The position numbers and the translations under genes were made by a program. The notes under the pieces were generated by a model. That model did not search any database. It had not been told where the DNA came from and saw only the letters and a list, made by a program, of their open reading frames with translations. From Parcubacteria group bacterium (lineage in GTDB: Bacteria > Patescibacteriota > Minisyncoccia > Moranbacterales > UBA11712), in NCBI GenBank assembly GCA_041659065.1, contig JBAZYY010000005.1:974-64973 (forward strand): DNA of 64,000 nucleotides, in the 5' to 3' direction. Below are positions 45,648 to 54,300 of this stretch, piece by piece. The first letter of the stretch is position 1, and each line of letters begins with the position of its first letter.

Positions 45648-45746
45648 CTAAAAACTAAAATCGAAAAGCGAAAAACAACAGCTAAAAGGTAAAAGATTTT
45701 CGTTTTTAGTTTTTGCTTTTACATTTTAGATTTTCGCTTTTAGCTA
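45648..45746. repeat. About 100-bp heptamer-periodic tract with large inverted symmetry, spanning the tsaE stop codon and the polA upstream region
   Basis: The tract runs gctaaaaactaaaatcgaaaagcgaaaaac ... gattttcgtttttagtttttgcttttacattttagattttcgcttttagc. The first seven units are reverse-complementary to the last seven. Confidence 0.6.
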
Positions 45747-46248
45747 TTGAAATTTTGCGCGTATTTTCTTTATTGTACTCAAACTTCATCCACACTGCAT
45801 CTTTTGGAACGATAGATCTGATTCTTTCCGCCCATTCGGCAATCACAATATTATTTCTGCCGGCAATAATTTCTTCCCATCCCAAATCCAAAATATCTTT
45901 CGCGCCGACTCGGTAGGCATCAATGTGATAAATATTTTGTATCTGGTATCTTGTATCTAGCATTTGGTATTTTTTTTGAAATTGGGATTTCGATATTTTG
46001 AATTTATTTGGAATTTGGGTTTTGGAATTTGTGATTTCTTTCTTGTAATGCTTCATTACAAGAAAGGTAGGGCTTGTATACGGACCTTTTGCGCCTAGTC
46101 CCTTTAATACGCCTTGAGCAAACGTCGTCTTCCCGCTCCCTAGTTCCCCTGAAAGACAAATGATCTCTCCGCCCCGAAGTTCCTGAGCCAGCATTTCACC
46201 AAGTTTTCCAGTCTGTGCGGCGTTTATTGTATCAAAAATTTTTTGCAT
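45706..46248 (-). CDS. tsaE: tRNA threonylcarbamoyladenosine biosynthesis protein TsaE (YjeE ATPase), with a repeat-encoded insertion
   Basis: The P-loop LSGELGSGKTTFAQGV, SPTF and HIDAYRV blocks are present. An insertion of about 30 aa between SPTF and HIDAYR is encoded by the heptamer-repeat tract 45934-46040. Confidence 0.75.
   Translation of the reverse strand: MQKIFDTINAAQTGKLGEMLAQELRGGEIICLSGELGSGKTTFAQGVLKGLGAKGPYTSPTFLVMKHYKKEITNSKTQIPNKFKISKSQFQKKYQMLDTRYQIQNIYHIDAYRVGAKDILDLGWEEIIAGRNNIVIAEWAERIRSIVPKDAVWMKFEYNKENTRKISIAKSENLKCKSKN
45934..46040. repeat. Heptamer-periodic tract (TATCTNG / TTTGGAA-like units) inside tsaE
   Basis: The tract reads ttttgtatctggtatcttgtatctagcatttggtattttttttgaaattgggatttcgatattttgaatttatttggaatttgggttttggaatttgtgatttc. 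Confidence 0.65.
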
Positions 46249-46263
46249 TTAACTTTAATAAAA

Positions 46264-46314
46264 TTTTGAGTTTTGAGTTGTAGCTTTAAGCTTTGCGTTT
46301 TGACTTTTAAGCTT
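46264..46314. repeat. Heptamer repeats (TTTTGAG / TTTAAGC units) upstream of tsaE
   Basis: The tract reads ttttgagttttgagttgtagctttaagctttgcgttttgacttttaagcttga. Confidence 0.6.
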
Positions 46315-46422
46315 GATTTTATTGTCGCATAAATAAGATTTTTTGCAAAAGAAAAGCCGTTCACGCTGAAACATAAGCGCGAACGGCTGATTGCCCTAAT
46401 GCTTTTCTCCTAAACCGCTGCT

Positions 46423-46668
46423 TCAGCGACAGGGATTACAATAGGGGCAACGAACCGCAGGTGATGGCAAGTATCCTGTGACAGGGTTGCGCCAGACACG
46501 AAGGATAAGCCGATCGCACCCATCACAGTAATAATCCCTATAGTCACACGGCCTTGGCGCATAATAGCCATAGGGACGCCCATATTGATCCACCGGGATA
46601 GCTACACACCCCACCGTTAATCCCGCCAGTAATCCAACCGCTAAAAGAACCATACAAAATCGCGTCAT
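46423..46668 (-). CDS. Small Cys/Tyr/Pro-rich exported protein (signal peptide, possible lipobox)
   Basis: The 81-aa product begins MTRFCMVLLAVGLLAGLTVGC, followed by 9 Cys. Local GC (about 50%) is clearly above the window average. Confidence 0.4.
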   Translation of the reverse strand: MTRFCMVLLAVGLLAGLTVGCVAIPVDQYGRPYGYYAPRPCDYRDYYCDGCDRLILRVWRNPVTGYLPSPAVRCPYCNPCR

Positions 46669-46974
46669 CGAATTCCTCCCGGCCGCAGGCTTGATTACCC
46701 CGACCTAATCGTAATTTTTTTCGCCTAGTCTAGAATCTAGACATGTCAGTTGAGCCAAAATGGCTCTTTTTTCTTTTTCTTTTAAGCCTTTTATAATAGC
46801 CATAAATGGACTATTTGTCAACCCTTAAACACCCCTTCGAAGATTATCCCCATTTTATCCCCAATTCGGATATCTAATAAAATAACAAATTTTGTTGACG
46901 TTAATCATCTCTTTTGATATGTTGATATACTGGCCTCACAAAACACGAAACATGTAGCACAGAAAGAATTAAAG

Positions 46975-48126
46975 GTGTGTTACATGCTATATGTTACATT
47001 GCTATATATGACCCTTTCCCCTAAAGAACAAATTAAAAACCAAGTTGAATCAGCCGAGGGCATTTTAATTCTCGTCGGTGAAAAAGCCGAGCGTGACGCG
47101 ACTGCAGCTGCCTGGGGAATGACCCATCTTCTTGAAAGTCTGGGAAAGAAAACTACGCTTTTGGAAAATTATTCAAATGGAAAAGATCTTGATTTTCTTA
47201 AAAAACCAAAGCACGTGGAAAAAGAGATTAAGGGCGCGCGTGATTTTGTCTTATCTTTTAATACGAAATATAACAAAATTATTGACTTCCGGACGGAAGA
47301 CAAGGACGGCAATTTTGAAATCTACATCACTCCCGAAAAAGAAGCTATCGATCCCAGGGATTTTTCTTTTATCCCGGCTAAATTCAAGTACGATCTTATT
47401 TTCATCCTAGGCTGTTCGGATCTTGAGAAGCTCGGAGATGTTAAAAATAAAAACAGCGACTTGTTTTTTGAGGTTCCCGTGGTAAATATCGACAACTCAA
47501 GCACTAACGAAAATTTCGGTCAGATTAATCTCATTGATATTACAGCACCCTCAGTTTCGGAAATCACCGCTGAACTCTCAAAATCTCTCTGGGAAAAATA
47601 TTTGGGCAAAGATATCGCGCAATGTTATCTGGCAGGCATTGTTTCGGCTACCTCCAATTTTCAGTCCCCAAAAACCGCGCCGCGCACTTTTCTCACCGCT
47701 TCCTGGCTCATCGAAAAAGGCGCCAACCAACACGAGATTATCAAACATCTCCTGAAAACCAATTCCTTTCCCTTTATGAAATTATGGGGACGAGTAATGG
47801 CCCGCCTCAATTGGGACGAAGACCTGAAGCTGGCTTGGTCGCTGGTTTCAATCGAGGACTTTGTACAGAGCCGGTCCAATCCGCAAGACCTCGCCTTAAT
47901 TCTGGAAAAAATTAAGGACAATTTCTCGCGCGGAAAGATTTTCGCCGTCTTGTATTCCGAAAAACTGGATCAAAGTATCGCGTTTGTCAGAAACGGCGAT
48001 TCCGAATCCCTGAAAAGCCTCCAAAAAAATCTAGGAGGAGAGATTAAAGGCGGAAACCTGGAAATTGTTTTTGATAAAAAAAATATCCTCGAAGCAGAGA
48101 AAGAACTGTTGGGGAAATTGAAATAG
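46975..48126 (+). CDS. DHH/DHHA1-like phosphoesterase (NrnA-like architecture), motifs divergent
   Basis: The two-domain layout and length resemble NrnA/RecJ-core proteins, but canonical DHH and GGGH motifs are not evident. The true start may be the Met at about 47008. Confidence 0.4.
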   Translation: MCYMLYVTLLYMTLSPKEQIKNQVESAEGILILVGEKAERDATAAAWGMTHLLESLGKKTTLLENYSNGKDLDFLKKPKHVEKEIKGARDFVLSFNTKYNKIIDFRTEDKDGNFEIYITPEKEAIDPRDFSFIPAKFKYDLIFILGCSDLEKLGDVKNKNSDLFFEVPVVNIDNSSTNENFGQINLIDITAPSVSEITAELSKSLWEKYLGKDIAQCYLAGIVSATSNFQSPKTAPRTFLTASWLIEKGANQHEIIKHLLKTNSFPFMKLWGRVMARLNWDEDLKLAWSLVSIEDFVQSRSNPQDLALILEKIKDNFSRGKIFAVLYSEKLDQSIAFVRNGDSESLKSLQKNLGGEIKGGNLEIVFDKKNILEAEKELLGKLK

Positions 48127-48981
48127 TTATTTGTTATTTTTATTAGACAAAGAGGGAAGTCTTTTGCCTTTTAAAATTTTTGCATTCTTGGCATTTATAA
48201 CGCTTTCGCCTGTTTGTTTTTCTATTTCAAGTCTGGCTTTTTTTGCCGCAAAGCCGCCTCTTCGCGCCACTTTTTTATTTTCTTCCAGTCCTTTAGGTTT
48301 TTGTTTCTTGGATATTTCTGTTGTTGAAACTTCGGCAAGCATATTTAAAACCAATTCGAGATTGGTCATATTGTCTCTCAAATTTTCTTTTTTCAGTCCC
48401 TTGAACTTTTTATAGTCTCTCACGCTTCTGTCCGCCCATGCCCTTGTGATCTCATCCGTCAATATCGCGTATTCCAGTCCTTCTTTCATTTCCCGTTCTT
48501 GCCATTCATCGGTCAATTCTTTTCGCACTTCAATGCTTTTCAAGCGCTGGTTTATCCATTCCTTTGAATAGCCTTTTCGCAAATATGTTTTCATCGCTCT
48601 GTCAAAAGCCAGCTCGGGATCTTCCATTTCTTCTATTCGCTCATATCCAACGCGCGCCAGCCAAAGCTTGATCGGCTCGACTTTCGGGCTGGGGACAGAT
48701 TGGATGAGGCGCAACAATGTTTCAACATCCGCAACATCGGTCATTCTCATTTTTCCATCTGGAGCGACCATTTTCAAACCGTTACATTTTGTAACGGTTT
48801 CATTTGATCCCTCGTCAATCAGGCGTTTTTTGAGTACACGCCAATATACTTGTGGATTTTCGCTATCCGTCAGTACAGCAATAATATCAACGACCGAAAA
48901 ATACCAAAGTTCTTTTTCCTCGTCCCAAAGCCGGCGGATTTCTTTGTTTTCAAAAATGGCAATGCGTTTTTCTTTTTTCAT
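48127..48981 (-). CDS. Bro-N domain protein (DinD / phage antirepressor-like)
   Basis: The N-terminus RIAIFENKEIRRLWDEEKELWYFSVVDIIAVLTDSENPQVYWRVLKKRL is a typical Bro-N/KilA-N-like module. A long helical C-terminal region follows. Confidence 0.6.
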   Translation of the reverse strand: MKKEKRIAIFENKEIRRLWDEEKELWYFSVVDIIAVLTDSENPQVYWRVLKKRLIDEGSNETVTKCNGLKMVAPDGKMRMTDVADVETLLRLIQSVPSPKVEPIKLWLARVGYERIEEMEDPELAFDRAMKTYLRKGYSKEWINQRLKSIEVRKELTDEWQEREMKEGLEYAILTDEITRAWADRSVRDYKKFKGLKKENLRDNMTNLELVLNMLAEVSTTEISKKQKPKGLEENKKVARRGGFAAKKARLEIEKQTGESVINAKNAKILKGKRLPSLSNKNNK

Positions 48982-49003
48982 GCGGATAGTTTTTTATTTT
49001 ACC

Positions 49004-49022
49004 CCCAACATTCAATGTTGGG
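49004..49022. promoter_or_regulatory. Perfect 19-bp palindrome CCCAACATTcAATGTTGGG (candidate operator), 23 bp upstream of the Bro-N gene start
   Basis: The palindrome was read directly from the sequence. It is a near-identical copy of the palindrome at 49151-49171. Confidence 0.5.
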
Positions 49023-49150
49023 TTTGATTAAATGGTATATTATCACTATATCACTATCTTTACCCCTGTCAAGTACTTTGGCGCAAATTCCCCCGCAAAA
49101 AAATCCCGTTCGTTGCAAAACAAAGACGCAGAAGATTTTATTTTCCATTT

Positions 49151-49171
49151 TCCCAATATTCAATATTGGGA
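49151..49171. promoter_or_regulatory. Perfect 21-bp palindrome TCCCAATATTcAATATTGGGA (candidate operator), abutting a TTGCAA-N17-TATACT promoter for the MT/RibA-PRAI operon
   Basis: The palindrome was read directly. The putative promoter is -35 TTGCAA 49181-49186 and -10 TATACT at about 49204-49209, ahead of ATG 49244. Confidence 0.5.
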
Positions 49172-49243
49172 AGTGATAATTTGCAAAAGCAAATATATCC
49201 TATATACTTTAATTACACAAAACATTAAAAAATCGACTACACA

Positions 49244-49927
49244 TTGATGCAATTCAAGCCGAACGATGTCAAAAAATTTAAAGACGTTTGTGATGAAAAC
49301 GATATTATCCCAGTGATTTTAAAGGAAAATCTGGCAAAATATTTTGTTGAACCGATTCTTGACGTCGGCTCCGGGAAAGGAGAAATCATGAGTCAATCTT
49401 TTCCTGAAAAAAGAGTTATACATATTGATATTCAAGATTTCTCCGAATTTAAAATTTCCCAAAATCATACGAGAGAAATAACTGATTTTTTTAGCTACGA
49501 GCCGCAAGAAAAAATTGGCACGGTTTTTTTGTCCCACGCTCTTCAATTCATCGACGATGACATCGTGCTGCTCAACAAAAAATTATCAGAAATATCACCA
49601 GATTATTTGGTTGTTGTCGCAAACACGAATAAGGATTTCATGGGCGATTTGCTGACATGGATTGAAAAGAACTTCAAAAACTCAAATCCCGAGATTGAAT
49701 TGCTAGATTTTCCACGGGGATACGTCCCTGTCGAATCTGCGCCTTTCACGGCAAAAGTTGAATTGCCAGATTACGATCAACTGGCACTGCAAATTGCATA
49801 TTTATTTGATATTCGTTTGAAACAAGCAGAATCAAGTTTATTGGCAAATTATTTGAGTCAAAAGTTAAGCGCTCCGTCTTTTACGATTGATCAGGAGATA
49901 AAAGTTTATAGAAAAATAAATTCATGA
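49244..49927 (+). CDS. SAM-dependent methyltransferase-like protein
   Basis: Motif I ILDVGSGKGE is present. Its stop overlaps the start of the next gene (ATGA at 49924-49927). Confidence 0.6.
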   Translation: MMQFKPNDVKKFKDVCDENDIIPVILKENLAKYFVEPILDVGSGKGEIMSQSFPEKRVIHIDIQDFSEFKISQNHTREITDFFSYEPQEKIGTVFLSHALQFIDDDIVLLNKKLSEISPDYLVVVANTNKDFMGDLLTWIEKNFKNSNPEIELLDFPRGYVPVESAPFTAKVELPDYDQLALQIAYLFDIRLKQAESSLLANYLSQKLSAPSFTIDQEIKVYRKINS

Positions 49928-51222
49928 AAGAAACAGCTTCCGCTAATCTCCCAACAAAATACGGCAACTTTATTATAAAAGCCTGGCCCGAAAAACTCGG
50001 TTTTGAGCCAGTCGCTTTGATGACTCAAAAAATAAATACGAGCAAGCCTGTGCTTGTGAGGGTTCACAGCGAGTGCTTGACCGGCGACACATTCGGGAGT
50101 TACAAATGCGATTGCGGCGTCCAGAAAGAAGAGGCCTTGAAGCTGATTTCAAAATCAAGCACGGGTGGAGTGTTTATTTATTTGAAACAGGAAGGCAGAG
50201 GGATTGGTTTATATGAAAAAATAAAAACATATCATCTTCAAGAACAGGGATATGACACGCACGAAGCAAATATCATGCTCGGCCACAAGCCAGACTTGCG
50301 GGAATATAAATGGGTCAAAAAAATTCTCGACGATTTGGGTATTAAAAAAATCAAATTGATAACCAACAATCCGTCAAAAATCAGCGAGATCTCAAATTTG
50401 GGAGTTGATGTTGCCGAAAGGATTCCTCTTGTGATGAAAAGCAACGAATACAACCGGAAATATTTTGAAAGCAAAAAGGCAAAATTTAAACATTTTTTCG
50501 GAAAAGATATCAGTAATTATTTTTTTGGCATTTCGGGTGTGACGAATTCCACAGAAGTTGAATCTATTGGAGATTTTATGAAAGGCAGAAAGAGGGATCC
50601 CCTTCTGAAAATTTGTTTGGGCATAGCGTTGAATAGAAAATTACTATCAAACGAAAATTTAATAAAAAATATAGAAAAAACGTTCAAAGCCGCGGAATAC
50701 TATGAAGGCTTTGTCCCTATCCTGCACTATTCTTTCCGCTATTCCAAAAATCCCCTCGATGATCTTTTGTTGATCCGAAAATCAATGCCCTTTGTCCAAT
50801 ATATTCAGCTTAATGATCTTTCTTCCAGCTTTTTGAAAGTTTTGAATTATGCAACTAAATATTTCCTTGTTGATTTTCCCCTTTCAAATAATAATTTTAA
50901 CTTGGTCGATAATAGTAAATTTATCGATTTGACAATAAAAAATAAAGTTTTTGTTTTGCTGGATAATAGCGGAGGGAAAGGGAAAAAAGAAAAAGCGGAT
51001 GTTTATCTTTCAAAAATCGGGAAATGTCTTCAAAAAGGAATAAACGATATCGCGCTCGCCGGTGGTTTTGGTCCGGATAACCTTCGCGCCTACCTTGAAG
51101 CAAAAGATTATTTTAAAATAAATTTCTCAATTGATGCCGAAACCGGCCTCAAAACAAACCGGAAACTCGATATGAAGAAAGTAAAGAAATACCTAACAAA
51201 GCTATTAATCAATAAGGGGTGA
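49924..51222 (+). CDS. GTP cyclohydrolase II (RibA) fused to a C-terminal TrpF/PRAI-like (phosphoribosyl-isomerase TIM-barrel) domain
   Basis: Residues 1-200 align throughout with RibA: ANLPTKYGNF, RVHSECLTGD, CDCG, QEGRGIGL, QGYDTHEAN, LITNNPSK and ERIPL. Residues of about 205-432 follow the TrpF pattern: FFGISGVTN (cf. KICGIT), VLLDNSGGKGK (cf. LLD..GGSGK.FDW), LAGGFGPDNL (cf. LSGGLNPENV), and INFSIDAETGLKTNRKLDMKKVKKYL (cf. VDVSSGVE..G.KD..KI..F). Confidence 0.8.
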   Translation: MKETASANLPTKYGNFIIKAWPEKLGFEPVALMTQKINTSKPVLVRVHSECLTGDTFGSYKCDCGVQKEEALKLISKSSTGGVFIYLKQEGRGIGLYEKIKTYHLQEQGYDTHEANIMLGHKPDLREYKWVKKILDDLGIKKIKLITNNPSKISEISNLGVDVAERIPLVMKSNEYNRKYFESKKAKFKHFFGKDISNYFFGISGVTNSTEVESIGDFMKGRKRDPLLKICLGIALNRKLLSNENLIKNIEKTFKAAEYYEGFVPILHYSFRYSKNPLDDLLLIRKSMPFVQYIQLNDLSSSFLKVLNYATKYFLVDFPLSNNNFNLVDNSKFIDLTIKNKVFVLLDNSGGKGKKEKADVYLSKIGKCLQKGINDIALAGGFGPDNLRAYLEAKDYFKINFSIDAETGLKTNRKLDMKKVKKYLTKLLINKG

Positions 51223-51333
51223 ATAACCGCTTAAGACATCTTTGAAGCAAACCCTACAAGGTTTGTTTTTTTATTTTAGATAGAATAAAATAAGATTGCC
51301 TTTCATAAAATATTTCTTCCAATAAAAAACAAA

Positions 51334-54300
51334 ATGGCAAATAAAAACGGGCCGAATCCAGCCCTTCACGGAGCGCACGAAGAAGACGTCCAGAGAGTGC
51401 TGGCAAAAATGAAACACGAATCCGAGGAACAGCAAGCCGCCAATCTGGCCGGTAGTTTAGGTATACCCTATGTCGACCTCAATATTTTTCCGATTGACCC
51501 GGAAACTTTGCGGACAATTCCCAAAGAAAAAGCACTGGAACACCAGATCGTATGCATCCAAAAATTCGGAAAGAATATCAGCGTGGCACTTGCTAATCCG
51601 GCAGATGAACTAGCAGCAAAATATCTTGAGCAACTAGAAAAATCCGAGGGATATAAAATCAAAATCTATGTTTGTTCGAGCACGGGCCTCCAAAAGACAG
51701 TTGAGCGCTACAAACATATAGCTTTGTCGGAAAATCTCGAAGAACTGCGTTTGACCTTGTCCGGATCCGACCTTGAGGAATTTGAAAAAAACCTTAAAGA
51801 TGTCATTGACCTGCAAAAAAGAATCAATGAAATCCCCACCACGGAGGTCATTAATATTGTTATGGCCGGAGCCGTAAAGATGGAAGCGAGCGATATTCAT
51901 TTTGAGCCTCAAGCAGAGGGTATCCGTTTGCGTTTTCGCCTCGATGGCGTACTGCAAAACATATCCATTCTCCCTTCCTCGGTCTATCACTATATCTTAT
52001 CTCGGGTCAAAGTCCTTTCGGGGATGAAAATAAACATCCGTGATATCTCGCAAGACGGGCATTTTTCCATAAATCTAGAAGGAAATGAAATTGATGTTAG
52101 AGTTTCGATCTTGCCGGGAAACTACGGCGAAAATATCGTAATGCGGCTCCTCAACCAGGCGGTGGTGGCACTCAAATTTGACGACTTGGGCCTTAAAGGC
52201 CTGGCTTACGATAAACTGCGAGAGGAAATCAAAAAACCAAACGGCATGGTCCTCAACACAGGCCCGACCGGGTCAGGAAAAACCACCACACTCTACGCCA
52301 TTATCAACCAGCTTAACTCTCCAGAAGTAAAGATAATTACAGTAGAAGATCCGATTGAATATAAGATCAAGGATATTTCCCAAACTCAAGTATCCCGTTC
52401 TCGTGGATACACTTTTGCCAACGCCTTGCGCGCTATTGTGCGTCAGGATCCGGATGTTATTCTTGTTGGAGAAATTAGAGATGATGAAACAGCCAGCATA
52501 GCGCTTCACGCGTCCCTAACCGGGCACCTCGTACTTTCAACCCTACATACCAACAGTGCTATTGAAACAATTCCGCGCCTCATTGATATGGGGGTTAAGC
52601 CTTCGCTCCTGCCAGCCGCGGTCAACGCGTTCATCGCTCAACGACTGGTGCGAAAACTTTGTCCGCATTGCAGAGAAGAATATGCTCCCGCCCGGGAAAC
52701 CGTGGAAAGCGTCAAAAAAATACTAGCTGTTATATCCCCAAAGGCCAAACTTACCATTCCAAAAGAAATTAATAAATTCTACCGTGCCGGGGGCTGTTCC
52801 AAATGTCATGGGCTGGGCTATAAAGGACGCGTCGGTATCTTTGAAATTTTTACTCTAACAGAAGAGATCAGCAAAAGGGTGACTGAAATGGCGCCTGAGG
52901 CGGAAATTTTGTCGTTAGCGCTTGAAGCTGGCATGATTACAATGCTCCAGGATGGAATTCTCAAGGCGCTTGACGGTGTCACTTCGCTTGAAGAAGTGCA
53001 ACGCGTCACGGGGGAAGGTAAATTTTTGGAAGAGCTCTACGAAAAAATCATATCGCAGCTACTGCTGCGTTCGATTGTAATTACCGTAGATGATGGAACT
53101 GAAATCGAAACACTCAAGAGTGACCTACCGAAATTGAGAGAGCTGGTAAAAGCATCCCCCCCGGAAAAATCTCTGCGCCTCATCCTGGCTGGCGGTCTAA
53201 AGCTCGCTGCAGGAGATATTCACATCGAACCGGAGGAGGAATCGGTGAAAATACGCTACCGTATTGACGGAATATTACAGGACGCAGCCGAAATTCCCAT
53301 CACTGAATACCCTCAGCTATTGGGAAACCTCAAAATTCTCAGTGGTTTCAAGGCCAGTGATACCGAGCAAGGAGTAAGAGACAGTCGATTTGGAATAAGC
53401 CTTGAAGAAGGCGCAATGCCTGAAATCAAAGAGAGAGAGATTGATGTCCGTATTTCGATAATCTTAGGCGGTTACGGCGAAACAGTCGTCATGCGGCTCC
53501 TTAACCAGTCAGCGCAAGCTCTCGAGATTGAAAAACTGGGAATCAGGCAGCAGACTCTCGATAAGATACTCAATAAAATTCGAAAGCCTAACGGCATCAT
53601 CCTGAATACCGGCCCGACTGGATCCGGAAAATCGACTACGCTTTATTCCATCTTAAGCATTTTAAACAAACCTGGAGTGAAAATTATAACCGTTGAGGAT
53701 CCGATTGAATACCGCCTCAAAGGGATTTTGCAAACGCAGGTTGACGACAAAAAGGGCTATACTTTCCCAAAAGCCCTCCGCGCGCTTCTTCGCCAAAATC
53801 CAGACATTATGATGATTGGCGAAATTAGAGATGGCGAAACCGCTCAAATTGCCGTCCAGGCGGCTCTCACCGGCCATTTGGTTCTTTCTACGCTGCATAC
53901 TAATAATGCCGCCGGATCTGTGCAGAGGTTGATCAATATGGAAGTCAGCTCTACTGATATTGCATCTTCAGTCAATGCATTCATGGCGCAAAGGTTAGTG
54001 CGACTTCTATGTCCAGACTGCAAGAAACCAGTGCCTCTCGATGAAAAGACAAGGGAACATTTCACAAAGATACTGGAAACGATTTCGGATAAGACGGGGG
54101 TTGAAATCCCCGGCCTGGACAAAATAACAAATATTTACGCAGCGCAAGGTTGCGAGAAGTGCAACAGAATTGGCTATAAAGGCCGAACAACAGTAAGTGA
54201 AATTCTCGAAGTCACCAAAGAAATGGAAGAACTTATCACGCGCGGTCCGACAACATCCGAAGTTGAGGACCTTGCGATCAAACAGGGAATGCTAACCATG

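Noticed and set aside
3135-46314. The short tandem repeat tracts as a possible CRISPR array
   Set aside because: The units are 7 bp with no intervening spacers of about 30 bp. The tracts are scattered, many lie inside genes, and there are no cas genes nearby.
49924-51222. Interpreting RibA-PRAI as part of a canonical riboflavin operon
   Set aside because: No ribD/ribG, ribH, ribE or ribB-like genes occur anywhere in the window. The coupled partner is a methyltransferase, and the fusion partner is an isomerase rather than a deaminase or reductase.
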